In this document: positions 1 to 13,140 of the stretch, piece by piece
How positions within the stretch are numbered: the first letter of the stretch is position 1
Layout: every line of letters begins with the position of its first letter
From: Stegostoma tigrinum
Lineage: Eukaryota
Reading direction: 5' to 3'
DNA: 64,000 nucleotides
Assembly (NCBI RefSeq): GCF_030684315.1
Contig: NC_081362.1
Coordinates: 97,261,187-97,325,186, forward strand
The notes under the pieces: generated by a model
Databases searched by the model: none
What the model saw: the letters and a program-made list of their open reading frames with translations, nothing else
What the model was told of the DNA's origin: nothing
Program-made: the position numbers and the translations under genes

Positions 1-890
1 ATGGTTGTGGTTGTGGGAGGTCAATCATCTCAGCTCCAGGACATCCCTGATGGAGTTCCTCAGGGTAGAGTCCTCGGCCCAACCATCCTCAGCTGCTTCA
101 TCAATGACCTTCCCTCCATCATAGGGTCAGAAGTGGGGATGTTCACCAATGTTTACACAATGTTCAGCACTATTTGTGAGTCCTCAGATACTGAAGCAGC
201 CCATGCTCACATGCAACTGGATCTGGATAATATCCAGGTTTCGGCTGACAAGTGGCAAGTGACATTTGCACCACACAAATGCCAGGCTATGACCGTCACC
301 AATCAGACAATCTAACCACCGCCCCTTGACATTCAATGGTGTTACCATCACCGAATCCCCCACTGTCAATATACTGGGGGTTATCATTGGCCAAAAACTC
401 AATTGGACTCACCACATAAACCCAGTGGCTACAAGAGCAGGTCTGAAGCTAGAAATACTGCAGCGAGTGACTCACCTCCTGACTCTCCCAAGCCTGGCCG
501 TCAGCTTTGAGGCATAAGTCAGCAGTGTGATGGAATACTCCCCACTCGCCTGGATAAGTGCAGCCCCAACAACACTGTGAAAGCTTGACACCATCCAGGA
601 CAAAGCAGCTCACAACTGCTTCTATCTGGAAGGACACCGGCAGCAGATACATGGGAACACCACCCCCTGCAAGTTCCCCTCCAAACCACTCAGCATCCTG
701 GCTTGGGAATATATCGCCATTCCTTCACTGTCATTGGGTCAAAACCCTGGAATTCTGTCCCTAAGGGCATTGTGGGTCAATTTACCGCACACAGACTGCA
801 GCGGTTCAAGAAGGCAGCTCACCGTCACCTTCTCAAGGGGCAACTAGGGACGGGCAATAAATGCTGGGCCCAGCCAACAACTTCCCAGGA
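1..890 (+). mobile_element. 3' fragment of a degenerate CR1/L2-group LINE (RT C-terminus and 3' tail)
   Basis: ORF 1..315 has GVPQGRVLGP...FINDL and ADKWQVTFAPHKC RT motifs; stops/frameshifts follow; it ends in a GGGCAATAAATGCTGGGCC tail. Same family as 38470-41785. Confidence 0.85.
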
Positions 891-1389
891 ACGAATTTTA
901 AAAAGTTGCAATCAACTCAAAACATTAACTGTGTTTCACTGTCACTCTGATGCTACTGAATTTCTCTGCCTTTGCTTTAGAGTTCCACCATTCACAGGCT
1001 TTTATTTCCGTTACTGCAATAAATTTGAAACAACAGGACTTTGATTGGTCCCATTTTTACAGGCACTTGGCAACCAATCCAATGCACGCACATTGGTCAA
1101 ACATAGTGCTGATTGGCTAAAGATCAGCTTTCCAGGAGATTTAACAGCAGATCTTCTCAGTTGTATTCGGTTGATTGCCAATGGGATTTGTCGATGAGGT
1201 GGTTTGTTGGTGGGTCATGATGTGGGGTTAGTGTCACAGGGTCTTGTGTCAGTGCCCTGGGGGTGACGATTCATTCAGTGGAACACACTCAGAATGCCAT
1301 GAGGGAATGGGATTTTCAGACTCAACCATGCAGCCAGAAAAAAAAATGAAGAAAATGACATCTTGTCTCTCAACTCTTTTATTTTTCAG

Positions 1390-1414
1390 GACAGTGACCA
1401 GGAGACTTGCTACA
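1390..1414 (+). CDS. PTK2B: PTK2B/Pyk2 25-nt microexon (DSDQETCY+T)
   Basis: Polypyrimidine tract + TTTCAG acceptor and A|GTAAGT donor. Phase 1 end joins in frame to 6205 giving ...ETCYTEFTVPP, matching mammalian Pyk2 ...EVGYLEFTGPP. Confidence 0.75.
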
Positions 1415-1504
1415 GTAAGTACCAGCTTTACAAAAGAGTTGTTGGATTTGGGAGAGATTCAGCAGGAATATTGCATTGAATTTCCATTGGATGAGGCTGA
1501 AAAG

Positions 1505-1835
1505 GGGGAGGCAATGGCCTGGTGGTATTATCGCTGGACTGTTAATCCAGAGACCTGGATGATAATATTCTGTGGACCTGAGTTCATACTTTGCCAAGGC
1601 AGATGGTGAAATTTAAATTCAATTTTAAAAAACTGAATTAAGTGTCTTGTGATGACCGTGAATGCATCTGGTTCACTAATGTCCTTTAGGGAAGGAAACT
1701 GCCATCCTTACCTGGTCTGTCCTACATGTGACTCTGACCCACAGCGATGTGTTTGGCTCTCAGTTGCCCTGTAGGCAATTAGGGGTGGACAATAAATGCT
1801 GCCTGGCCAGCGATGCCGTCGTCCCATGGATGAAT
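1505..1835 (+). mobile_element. tRNA-derived SINE (family with GGGCAATAAATGCT LINE-derived tail)
   Basis: A/B-box-like head TGGCCTGGTGGTATTATCGCTGGACT...GAGTTCA, body shared with many copies in the window, and LINE-like 3' tail. Confidence 0.75.
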
Positions 1836-2047
1836 AAAGGAAAGGAGTTCTTTCCATAAACCAAGCCTGAGTCTTGCCCAGGTTTGACTGAATTTGCACA
1901 AGGATCAATTCAGAACCTGAGCAGCCTGCAAACGCCCAGAAATGCAATGTGTATGTTGAGACTGCAGTTATAGACAGGGACTGAATAACCACATGCTCTC
2001 TACAACTCCGTCAGTGATGACACTGTCTCAAGGGCTGTTAAATCCAG

Positions 2048-5000
2048 CAATAAGTATACTGTTTTGGATACTGCTGGGGGGGATGACCTACCAGAGGAAA
2101 GCCATAGTAGTCAGTTCTCTGGCACTGAGCCTGACACTGTGTCAAAGAAGGGAAGGGGGCAGAATAGAAAAGTACTCGTGGTAGGGGACTCGATAGTGAG
2201 GGGAATCGACAGGAGATTTTGTGGTCAGGATCGGGATTCCCGGAAGGTATGTTGCCTCCCTGGTGCCAGGGTCCGGGACGTCTCCGATTGGGTGCATAAG
2301 GTTCTAAAAGGGGAGGGCGAACAGCCAGAAATCGTGTTACATATTGGCACTAATGATAGAGGCAGAAATAGGATTGAGGATATAAAGAGTGATTTCAGGG
2401 AATTAGGATGGAAGCTGCAAAGCAGGACGAACAGAGTAGTGTTCTCTAGTTTACTACCGGTGCCACGAGATAGCGAGGCGAGGAACAGGGAGCGGGCGCA
2501 GCTTAACACGTGGCAGCGCAGCTGGTGTAGGAGGGAGGGCTTCAGTTATGTAGACAATTGGGATGCCTTCTGGGGAAGGTGGGACCTGTACAAGAAGGAC
2601 GGGTTGCATCTGAACTGGAAGGGGACTCATGTCCTGGGTGGAAGGTTTGCTCGAGTAGTTCGAGAGGGTTTAAACTAGTATGGCAGGGGGGTGGGAACCT
2701 GAGCTGTATACCGGAGGTGAGAGTTGATGCAGGTGAGGCAGTAGCAAGAGGTAGACCAGCTAGTGGGAAGGATTTTCCTGGGAAGGAACCAAGGGATCAG
2801 TTAAAGTGTGTTTGCTTTAACTCAAGGAGTATCAGGAATAAAAGTGATGAACTTAGAGCATGGATCAGTACCTGGTGCTATGATGTTGTGTCCATAACAG
2901 AGACATGGGTTTCTCAGGGGCAGGAATGGTTGCTGGATGTTCCAGGGTTTAGAACATTTAAAAAGAATAGGGAGGGGGGAAAAAGAGGAGGGGGTGTAGC
3001 ACTACTAATCAGAGAGAGTATCACAGCCACAGAAGCTTCCATTGTTGAGGAAGATCTGCCTACTGAGTCAGTGTGGGTGGAAATTAGGAACAGCAAGGGA
3101 GTAGTCACCTCGTTAGGGGTTTACTACAGGCCCCCCAATAGCAGCAGGGAGATTGAAGAAAGCATAGGTCGACAGATTTTGGAAAAGTGTGCACGCAGTA
3201 GGGTTGTTGTAATGGGTGACTTTAACTTTCCTAATATTGATTGGAACCTCCTTCGAGCAGAAGATTTGAATGGAGCTGTTTTTGTAAGGTGTGTTCAGGA
3301 GGGTTTCCTAACGCAGTACGTTGACAGGCCGACGAGGGGAGAGGCCATTCTAGACTTGGTGCTCGGCAACGAGCCGGGGCAGGTATCAGATCTTGTGGTG
3401 GGAGAGCATTTTGGTGATAGTGACCATAACTGCCTCACATTCTACATAGCTATGGAGAAGGAGAGGATTAGGCAAAATGGGAGGGTATTTAATTGGGGAA
3501 GAGGAAACTATGATGCGATTAGACATGAGTTAGGAAGCATGGACTGGGAGCAATTGTTCCATGGTAAAGGCACTATAGACATGTGGAGACTGTTTAAGGA
3601 ACAGTTGTTGCGAGTGATGAATAAATATGTCCCTCTGAGACAAGCAAGAAGGGGTAAGATAAAGGAACCTTGGATGACAAGAGCGGTGGAGCTTCTCGTC
3701 AAAAGGAAGAAGGTAGCTTATATAAGGTGCAGGAAGCTAGGGTCAAGCTCAGCTCTAGAGGATTACAGGCAGGCGAGGAAAGAGCTCAAAAATGGTCTGT
3801 GGAGAGCCAGGAGGGGGCACGAGAAAGGCTTGGCAGAACGGATTAGGGAGAACACAAAGGCATTTTACACTTATGTGAGGAATAAGACAATGGTCAAAGA
3901 AAGAGTAGGGCCGATCAGGGATAGCACAGGGAACTTGTGTGTGCAGCCTGAGGAGGTAGGGGAAGCCCTAAATGAGTTTTTTGCTTCTGTCTTTACGAAA
4001 GAAACAAACTTTGTAGTGAATGAAACCTTTGAAGAACAGGTGTGCATGCTGGAATGGATAGAGATAGAGGAAGCTGATGTGCTGAAAATTTTGTCAAACA
4101 TTAAGATTGACAAGTCACCAGGCCCGGACCAGATTTGTCCTCGACTGCTTTGGGCAATGAGAAATGCAATTGCTTTGCCACTTGCAAAGATCTTTGCATC
4201 CTCGCTCTCTACTAGAGTCGTACCTGAGGACTGGAGAGAGGCAAATGTAATTCCTCTCTTCAAGAAAGGAAATAGGGAAATCCTTGGCAATTACAGACCA
4301 GTAAGTCTCACGTCTGTCATCTGCAAGGTGTTAGAAAGGATTCTGAGGGATAGGATTTATGACCATCTGGAAGAGCATGGCTTGATTAAATGCAGTCAAC
4401 ACGGCTTTGTGAGGGGTAGGTCATGCCTCAGAAACCTTATCGAGTTCTTTAAGGATGTGACTAGAAAAGTTGATGAGGGTCGAGCTGTGGATGTGGTGTA
4501 TATGGACTTCAGCAAGGCATTTGATAAGGTTCCCCATGGTAGGCTCATTCAGAAGGTCAGGAGGAATGGGATACAGGGAACTTAGCTGTCTGGATACAGA
4601 ATTGGCTGGCCAACAGAAGACAGCGAGTGGTAGTAGAAGGAAAATATTCTGCCGGGAAGTCAGTGGTGAGTGGTGTTCCACAGGGCTCAGTCCTTGGGCC
4701 TCTACTGTTTGTAATTTTTATTAATGACTTGGATGAGGGGATTGAAGGATGGGTCAGCAAGTATGCAGACGACACGAAGGTTTGAGGTGTCATTGACAGT
4801 ATAGAGGGCTGTTGTAGGCTGCAGCGGGACATTGACAGGATGCAGAGATGGGCTGAGAGGTGGCAGATGGAGTTCAACCTGGATAAATGCGAGGTGATGC
4901 ATTTTGGAAGGTCGAATTTGAAAGCTGAGTACAGGATTAAGGATAGGATTCTTGGCAGTGTGGAGGAACAGAGAGATCTTGGTGTGCAGATACATAGATC

Positions 5001-5660
5001 CCTTAAAATGGCCACCCAAGTGGACAGGGTTGTTAAGAAAGCATATGGTGTTTTGGCTTTCATTAACAGGGGGATTGAGTTTAAGAGTTGTGAGATCTTG
5101 TTGCAGCTGTATAAAACTTTGGTTAGACTGCACTTGGAATACTGCGTCCAGTTCTGGTCGCCCTATTATAGGAAAGATGTGGATGCTTTGGAGAGGGTTC
5201 AGAGGAGGTTTACCAGGATGCTGCCTGGACTGGAGGGCTTATCTTATGAAGAGAGGTTGACTGAGCTCGGACTTTTCTCATTGGAGAAAAGGAGGAGGAG
5301 AGGGGACCTAATTGAGGTATACAAGATAATGAGAGGCATAGATAGAGTTGATATCCAGAGACTATTTCCCAGGGCAGAAATGGCTAACACGAGGGGTCAT
5401 AGTTTGAAGCTGGTTGGAGGAAAGTATAGAGGGGATGTCAGAGGCGGGTTCTTTACACAGAGAGTTGTGAGAGCATAGAATGCGTTGCCAGCAGCAGTTG
5501 TGGAAGCAAGGTCATTGGGGACATTTAAGAGACTGCTGGACATGCATATGGTCACAGAAATTTGAGTGTGCATACATGAGGATCAATGGTCGGCACAACA
5601 TCGTGGGCTGAAGGGCCTGTTCTGTGCTGTACTGTTCTATGTTCTATGTTCTATGTTCTA
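2048..5660 (+). mobile_element. Young 5'-truncated CR1 LINE: ORF1 SGNH esterase plus ORF2 APE endonuclease/RT, disabled
   Basis: ORF1 has GDSIVR, HIGTND and DGLHLN. ORF2 has ITETW, YYRPP, GDFN, SDH and DFSKAFDKV. Relative to the 48205 copy it has a 1-G frameshift near 4576 and stops near 4782 and 5476. (TGTTCTA)n tail; TSD TAAATCCAG at 2039-2047 and 5659-5667. Confidence 0.95.
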
Positions 5661-6204
5661 AATCCAGTGTTTGTACTGAATGTAGTTTTGAAAGAGCCTT
5701 ACTGTTTACAGTGGGTCACGCAGCAGCACAAAATCTTTCAAACTGCTGCACCTCTGTCTGACTCCTGTTCCAGTCACTGGACAGTGACTCTTGGAGAGCA
5801 TTCTGGTGATCCAAGTGAAATTGGTAAATGAAGTGCTGGCCTATTCAACAAAGCATGGAGCCGAGGACGTGAACCCACTGCTCACAGCCTCTATGAGGAC
5901 AGCCAGCAATCAAGACGTTAATAGCAGTGATGGCCACAGACCCATCTAACAGCTCTGTAAGTGCCCCTGCACCCCTGGGACTGCCTTAGGTAGTTCAAGA
6001 AGGCAGCTCACTACCACCTTTTTAAGGGCACCTAGGCACAGGCAATAATTTATGGCCCAGCCAGTGACATCCACATCCCACAAGTGAATGAAAACAGACA
6101 GAAGGTTCGAGCGTGGAATGTTTTTCTGTTTCCAAGATGCTGTGTAAATCTAGTTATTGTGCAGCCATTCTAATCACAGTGTTCTTTCTGTCCCTTATTT
6201 GGAG

Positions 6205-6251
6205 CTGAGTTCACAGTGCCACCTGAGAAACCTCCAAGGAAAAACTTGCCG
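6205..6251 (+). CDS. PTK2B: PTK2B exon, proline-rich region (EFTVPPEKPPRKNLP)
   Basis: AG acceptor at 6203-6204, G|GTGAGT donor; similar to Pyk2 EFTGPPQKPPRLG; phases 1/0 fit both neighbours. Confidence 0.88.
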
Positions 6252-7559
6252 GTGAGTGCCTGACTGAATGTCCTGAGGCTCTGTGGAATAATCTGGGAAT
6301 GTTGAGGGGGACACTGATACGCTTGGAGAGCTGAGATTAGCAATGAGATACACTGTGCATTCTGCAACACTCCTCACCACCAGGCAAAGCACACTGGGAC
6401 CTCAGTAAACCTGCCAATGTCTGGGGCTGAACTGGCATTGATGGTCCAGAACAGCGCCCCCAAATATACAACACTAAGGGAGTTCCTGTGGGTTCTCTGA
6501 GCAGATATAAATAATGCCACTCCAATTTTGCAATCTTCTCTACATCCCGTTGTCCAGCTTGGCTTTGAAATTATTTGAGATTGTCCTCCATCAATTGATA
6601 TCAATCCTGAAAGTCTTCCCCAATTTGATGGGAGTTCAGTTGCACTAATACTAACTCACTCCTTAAACCATAGAAACCAGAAGCAAGATAAGGCCATCCA
6701 GCCCTTCGAACCTGTGCTACCACTCAATACATTCTATGTCTACCTTAATTAGTTTGTGCAGTTTTGGATTCGTTGTTGCTTTGGTTAGAACCCCCAGCAT
6801 GTGACTCTTATACTTATCACATTATTCCAGTCATTCGCCTTGTCTCCAGCAACACCTTATTTTTAATTTTTGTAATTCTCTCTGTGCCTCAATTAATCAG
6901 ATTATAGGTCATCCCTTCACTTGGTCTTCATCCTGTCGACACTCCATTTAGACCATCTGTACTATCTTTTGACACTCTTAATTACCCAGAATTATCTTGC
7001 AATGATCTGTCTGTCTATAAATTCTGTGCCTGTGTTCTTCCCTTCACTTCTTCTGACGAAGGAGCAGTGTGACAAAAGCTTGTGATTTCAACAAAACCTG
7101 TTGTTTTGTACCTTCCAACTTAGTACACCACTCAGTACAGTCATGGCTGAAGCTGTATCTCAATGTCACATTCCCCACTTTCTCCCCCACTCACCTTGAT
7201 GCTTTTAAAATCTAAAAATGTATTTCTCTCCTGCGTGAATATATTCAGTGACTTGGCCTCCACAAGCTTCGGTTGTAGTAGAGAAATCTCAGGTTCACTA
7301 CCTTCTGAGTGAAGAAGTATTTCCTTATTTCTGTTCTGACTGGTCTACCCTGTGTCCCAGAGTGTGACCCTTGGTTCTAGCCTCCCCAACCGGGAAAAAC
7401 ATCATTCTTGCATCTCGTCTGTCCAAACTATTAGAATTTTGTAGCTTTTAATCTGATCCCTTCGCATCCTTCTGAGCTCCTATGAATAAAGACCGAGTCA
7501 AACCAAATGTCTTCCCATAGGACAGTCCTGCCATTCCTGGCAGTGCTGGTGGATGATGG

Positions 7560-8830
7560 AAGTGATTCTGTAAGATGGGATTTACATGCATTTGGAGAGG
7601 CAAGGACTGATTAGGGATAGTCAGCATGGCTTTGTGCGTGGGACATCATGTCTGACTAACTTGATTGAGCTTTATGAGGACGTAAACAAAAAGGCTGATG
7701 AGACTAGAGTGGTGGATGTTGTGTTTATGGACTTTAGTAAAGCTTTGGACAAGGTTCCATATAGTGAACTATTTAGTAAAGTTCGGTCACATGGGATTCA
7801 GGGTGAGCTTGCCAATTGGACATAAAACTGGCTAAACGGGAGAGAGAGGGTGATGCTGGAGGGTTGTTCTTCAGACTGGAGGCCTGTGACTAGCGGTGTT
7901 CCACAGGGATTGGTGCTGGTTCTGCTTTTGTTTGTCATTTATATGAACAATTTGGATGAGAATATTGGAGGTGCAGTTAGTAAGTTTGCAGGTGACACCA
8001 AAATTGGCGCTATAGTGGACAGTGGAGAAGGTTATCAAAGATTACAAAGGGATCTTTATCAATTGGGCCAATGAGCTGAGGAATTGCAGATGGAGTTTAA
8101 TTTGGATAAATGCGAGGTGTTGTATTTTGGTGAAACAAACAAGGGCAGGATTTATACAATTAATGGTAAGGCCCTGGGTAGACCCAGGGGTTCAGGTACA
8201 TAATTCTTTGAAATTCGACTGGGTAGTTATAAAGACATTTGCCTTGATTGCTCAGGCCTTCGAGTCTAGGAGTTGGGACATTATGTTGAGATTGTACGGG
8301 ACATTGGTGAGTCCTTTTCTGGCATTCTGTGTGGTTCTGTTTGCCTTTTTATTGGAAGGATATTATTAAATTGGAGAGCATTCAGAAAAGATTTACCAGG
8401 ATGTTGCTGGGACTGGAGGGTTTGAGTTATAAAAATGGGCTGAATAGACTGGGACTGTTTTTTCACTGCAGCATAGCAGGTTGAGGGTATTAAATCATGT
8501 GCGATATAGGTGAATAGCAGGTGTCTTCTCCCTGGTTTTGGGTATTTCCAGGCGAGGGGCATATTTCTAAGGTAAGAGGAGAAAGGTTTAGAAAGGGACT
8601 TGAAGAGCAGCTATTTTACACCGAGAATGGTTCATGTGTGGAATGAACTGCCAGAGAAAGGGGTGGAGGCTGGTACATTACAGCAAATAAAAGACATTTT
8701 GATAGGTAATTGGATAGGAAAGGTTTGGAAGGAAACGGGACCAATGCACACATGTGGGACTAGTTTAGTTTGGGAACACAGTCAGCGTGGACTGGTTGGA
8801 CCAGAGTCTGATTCCATGCTGTATGACTCG
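7560..8830 (+). mobile_element. Old degenerate CR1 3' fragment
   Basis: Broken ORFs with SQHGFVRG, DFSKALDKV and GVPQG motifs, plus a CR1-like 3' end. Confidence 0.85.
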
Positions 8831-9112
8831 GCCTCTAATACCCCTTCTATGGCAAATTGATCTTTTCTGGACACAGCAGGAAATTGGTACTGTAGCAGCA
8901 GATCAGCCACAAGCTCACTGAATGGTGGAGCAGGCCTGAGGCACTGTGTGGTCTCCCGCTGCATCCATTCCTAATGTTCCTTCGAGCTTGCTGAAAGATA
9001 CCTAAGCTCACCATCAGTCCCCCTCTTCAGAGGATGCAATTCCTAAATTATGAACGAAACCTTTCTGTGTAAGCTTCAGCCTCCTGATGGTTCTCCTTTT
9101 CCACACGTTCAG

Positions 9113-9256
9113 CCGATACAAGCAGCTCCCACTGCCAACCTGGATCGCTCCGATGATACAATCTATCCTCTGGTCATGGAACTGGTTAAGTCTGTGCTGC
9201 ATCTGAAGAACCAGGTCTACCAGCTCCCATGTGAAGAGTACATCAACCTGGTGAAG
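9113..9256 (+). CDS. PTK2B: PTK2B exon, start of FAT domain (PIQAAPTANLDRSDDTIYPLVMELVKSVLHLKNQVYQLPCEEYINLVK)
   Basis: TTCAG acceptor, AAG|GTAAGC donor, 144 nt, phase 0/0. PTANLDR...VMELV matches Pyk2 rather than FAK. Confidence 0.95.
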
Positions 9257-10138
9257 GTAAGCTGGTTAACCCAGGACAGGGTAGGATGTTTCTCAGTGAC
9301 ACCTTTCCCCATCTCAAAGTTGTGATAAAAACAAAGGAAACACACAGCAAGATTCCATAATAGTACCAGGGTACCTTTTTCATCCAATCAAGTTGGGAGT
9401 TGGGGGTTCAATCTGATCTTATCCTGAATGCCCTGATAGTGTGGCTCTGAAGTTTTGGCCTGGAGTTTGTGTTGGGTCTGAACCTGTCAACTTTCCCATT
9501 CAGAGACCAGCATGCAGCCTGCTGAGTGATACACAATCAGTCATTGAGTGAGAGCTTAGTGTCCAATAACCTGTTGGGTTTTGTCTCACTTCAGGGATTA
9601 TGTTTATAAATATATCGCTTCTTTGGACTCGCACAATTGAACAGGGAATTTCTGTCCTCCAGTTGGTGTATTTTTTTGTAAAATTGAGTAGTGCCGTGGA
9701 TGTAATTCTGGAGTCAGAAGTGCTCAAAATCCAAAGTACATCAGTTCAACTCCCACCAAGATTAATGAAGAGTTATCCAGGCTCTCAACATTGGCGCTCT
9801 CTTTCTCTCTCCAAGGATGCTGCCTGACCCACTGTGATTTCCAGCATTTTTTTTTGTTTTCTGCTGCAAAAATTCAATTTGGAAAGTAAGTTCACAACAA
9901 AATGAAAATCAGATATCAATAAAACTGACCATGAAACTCTTAGTTTGTGGCAAAACTTCACCTATTTCATGTGATATCACTGCAGTACAGACACAAGCCA
10001 GGGTACAGAACACAGAATGTCAAACACCAACTCAAAAAGTAGCTCATCCAGGGACGACTGAAGAGCAGCACAAATACACAAATGACCACAAGAGGGTGCT
10101 ATCACTCTTCCCTTTCCTGAATGATTTATATCCAAGAC

Positions 10139-11630
10139 AATAAAATGTGAGGCTGGATGAACACAGCAGGCCCAGCAGCATCTCAGGAGCACAAAAGCTG
10201 ACGTTTCGGGCCGAGACCCTTCATCAGAGAGGGGGATGGGGAGAGGGAACTGGAATAAATAGGGAGAGAGGGGGAGGCGGACCGAAGATGGAGAGAAAAG
10301 AAGATAGGTGGAGAGAGTATAGGTGGGGAGGTAGGGAAGGGATAGGTCAGTCCAGGGAAGACGGACAGGTCAAGGAGGTGGGATGAGGTAGTAGGTAGGA
10401 AATGGAGTTGCAGCTTGAGGTGGGAGGAAGGGATGGGTGAGAGGAAGAACAGGTTAGGGAAGCGGAGACAGGCTGGGCTGGTTTTGGGATGCAGTGGGTG
10501 GAGGGGAAGAGCTGGGCTGGTTGTGTGGTGCAGTGGGGAGAGGGGGACGAGCTGGGCTGGTTTTGGGATGCAGTGGGGGAAGGGGAGATTTTGAAGCTTG
10601 TGAAGTCCACATTGATACCATTGGGCTGCAGGGTTCCCAAGCGGAATATGAGTTGCTGTTCCTGCAACCTTCGGGTGGCATCATTATGGCACTGCAGGCG
10701 GCCCATGATGGATATGTCATCTAAAGAATGGGAGGGGGAGTGGAAATGGTTTGCAACTGGGAGGTGCAGTTGTTTATTGAGAACCGAGCGGAGGTGTTCT
10801 GCAAAGCGGTCCCCAAGCCTCCGCTTGGTTTCCCCAATGTAGAGGAAGCCACACCGGGTGCAATGGATACAGTATACCACATTGGCAGATGTGCAGGTGA
10901 ACATCTGCTTAATATGGAAAGTCATCTTGGGGCCTGGGATGGGGGTGAGGGAGTTGGTGTGGGGGCAAGTGTAGCATTTCCTGCGGTTGCAGGGGAAGGT
11001 GCCGGGTGTGGTGGGGTTGGAGGGGAGTGTGGAGCGAACAAGGGCGTGGGTGGTGTCACAGACGTAGGTGGGGAGTTCCTGGACCAAAGGGGAGAAAATG
11101 GAGTCCAGATAGGTGGAGATGAGTTCGGTGGGGCAGGAACAGGCTGAGACAATGGGTCGACCAGGGCAGGCAGGTGTGTGGATTTTGGGAAGGAGATAGA
11201 AATGGGCCATGTCGGGTTGGGGAACAATGAGGTTGGAGGCTGTGGGTGGGAGGTCATGGATGGTGTTGGAGGTGATGGTTTGGTGCTCGGGGGTGGGGTC
11301 ATGATCGAGGGGGCGGTAGGAGGTGGTGTCGGAGAGTTGGCGTCTGGCCTCGGCGATGTAGAGGTCAGTGCGCCATACTACCACTGCACCACCCTTGTCT
11401 GCGGGTTTGATGGTGAGGTTGGGGTTGGAGCGGAGGGCTGCCTGTTCTGCGGGGGAGAGGTTGGAGTGGGTGAGAGGGGTGGAGAGGTTGAGGCAGTTGA
11501 TGTCTCGACGGCAGTTGGAGATGAAGAGGCCGAGGGAGGTTAGGAGGCCTGGAGGTGGTGCCCAGGAAGAGGACTTGTGTTGGAAGTGGGTGAAGGGGTC
11601 ACTGGAGGGAGGGTTAGGCTCTGGGGTGTA
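10139..11630 (-). mobile_element. Penelope-like element (family A), internally deleted, with GIY-YIG endonuclease and 3' hammerhead motif
   Basis: 345-aa ORF with FYLLPKIH..PGRPIVS (PLE RT N-terminus) and VVYCIHC..C...YIGET.RRL..RF.EH (GIY-YIG). Minus-strand CTGATGA...GAAACGTC at ~10200-10227. Confidence 0.9.
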
Positions 11631-11635
11631 GCAGT

Positions 11636-13140
11636 GTGATGAACTCCAGAGAATGGAAGAGGAACGCCTACACTAAGTTTCCACCGAACAGTGGATACCC
11701 AAGAAGTCTGCTCCGCAGATGCCGACAAAACAAACAACACTCAGGGGACACAGTACAACAGAAGACAATAGCAATTCTACCCTACATCAAAAATATATCA
11801 GAAATGACTACCAGGCGGTTAAGGCTGCATAAGGTTGTGATTACACACAACCCCATAGCAACACTGCACCAAATGTTATCACAGACTAAAGGCCACATAC
11901 TGACAGTAAACAAGACCAATGTGATATACAGAATCCCACGCAACGAGTGCAATAAACATTACATTGGACAAACAGGGAGGAAACTGACAACCAGGGGACA
12001 TGAACACCAGCCGGCAATAAAAAGACACGACCAATATTCACTTGTCCCAATGCACACAGACAATGAGGGCCATGATGCATTTTGGAAGGTCGAATTTGAA
12101 AGCTGAGTACAGGATTAAGGATAGGATTCTTGGCAGTGTGGAGGAACAGAGGGATCTTGGTGTGCAGATACATAGATCCCTTAAAATGGCCACCCAAGTG
12201 GACAGGGTTGTTAAGAAAGCATATGGTGTTTTGGCTTTCATTAACAGGGGGATTGAGTTTAAGAGTCGTGAGATCTTGTTGCAGCTCTATAAAACTTTGG
12301 TTAGACCGCACTTGGAATACTGCGTCCAGTTCTGGGCGCCCTATTATAGGAAAGATGTGGATGCTTTGGAGAGGGTTCAGAGGAGGTTTACCAGGATGCT
12401 GCCTGGACTGGAGGGCTTATCTTATGAAGAGAGGTTGACTGAGCTCGGTCTCTTTTCATTGAGGTCTACAAGATAATGAGGGGCATAGATAGAGTTGATA
12501 GCCAGAGACTATTTCCCAGGGCAGAAATGGCTAACACAAGGGGTCATAGTTTGAAGCTGGTTGGAGGAAAGTATAGAGGGGATGTCAGAGGCGGGTTCTT
12601 TACACAGAGAGTTGTGAGAGCATGGAATGCGTTGCCAGCAGCAGTTGTGGAAGCAAGGTCATTGGGTTTATTTAAGAGACTACTGGACATGCATATGGTC
12701 ACAGAAATTTGAGTGTGCATACATGAGGATCAATGGTCGGCACAACATCGTGGGCTGAAGGGCCTGTTCTGTGCTGTACTGTTCTATGTTCTATGTTCTA
12801 TCAGTTTGACTGGGACAAAGTGACTATACTGGGACAAGCGAACACCAGATCCGTGAGGGAATTTCTGGAAGTCTGGTTCCCAACATGGGACTCCATTAAC
12901 AAACACATAGAAACAGATCCTGTATACAGAGTGCTGCTAAAACAACAGAATTGGAAGGGACAAGACCATCACATCAGAGGATCATAAATCCACAAGGAAG
13001 GAGAACACCAACACCTCGATTAGAGGTCACACTGATGGTGTTGCCTAAAAGGGTAACGAAATGTCTGCACACCACAGAACAGCCAGTGAGCTAACAAACA
13101 GCTACATCCACAGCCGGAGCTACAAACTTTTGCTAAGACC
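11636..13140 (+). mobile_element. Penelope-like element (family B) 3' portion, interrupted by a CR1 insertion
   Basis: LPYIKNISE...NVIYRIP..EC..HYIGQTGRKL..R..EH; the frame resumes after the CR1 as QFDWDKVTIL...FLE; degenerate hammerhead core at ~13032-13065. Confidence 0.85.
12074..12801 (+). mobile_element. Young CR1 3' fragment nested in the PLE
   Basis: Near-identical to 4896-5660; (TGTTCTA)n tail; ~31-nt internal deletion between ATTG microhomologies near 12460. Confidence 0.93.
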
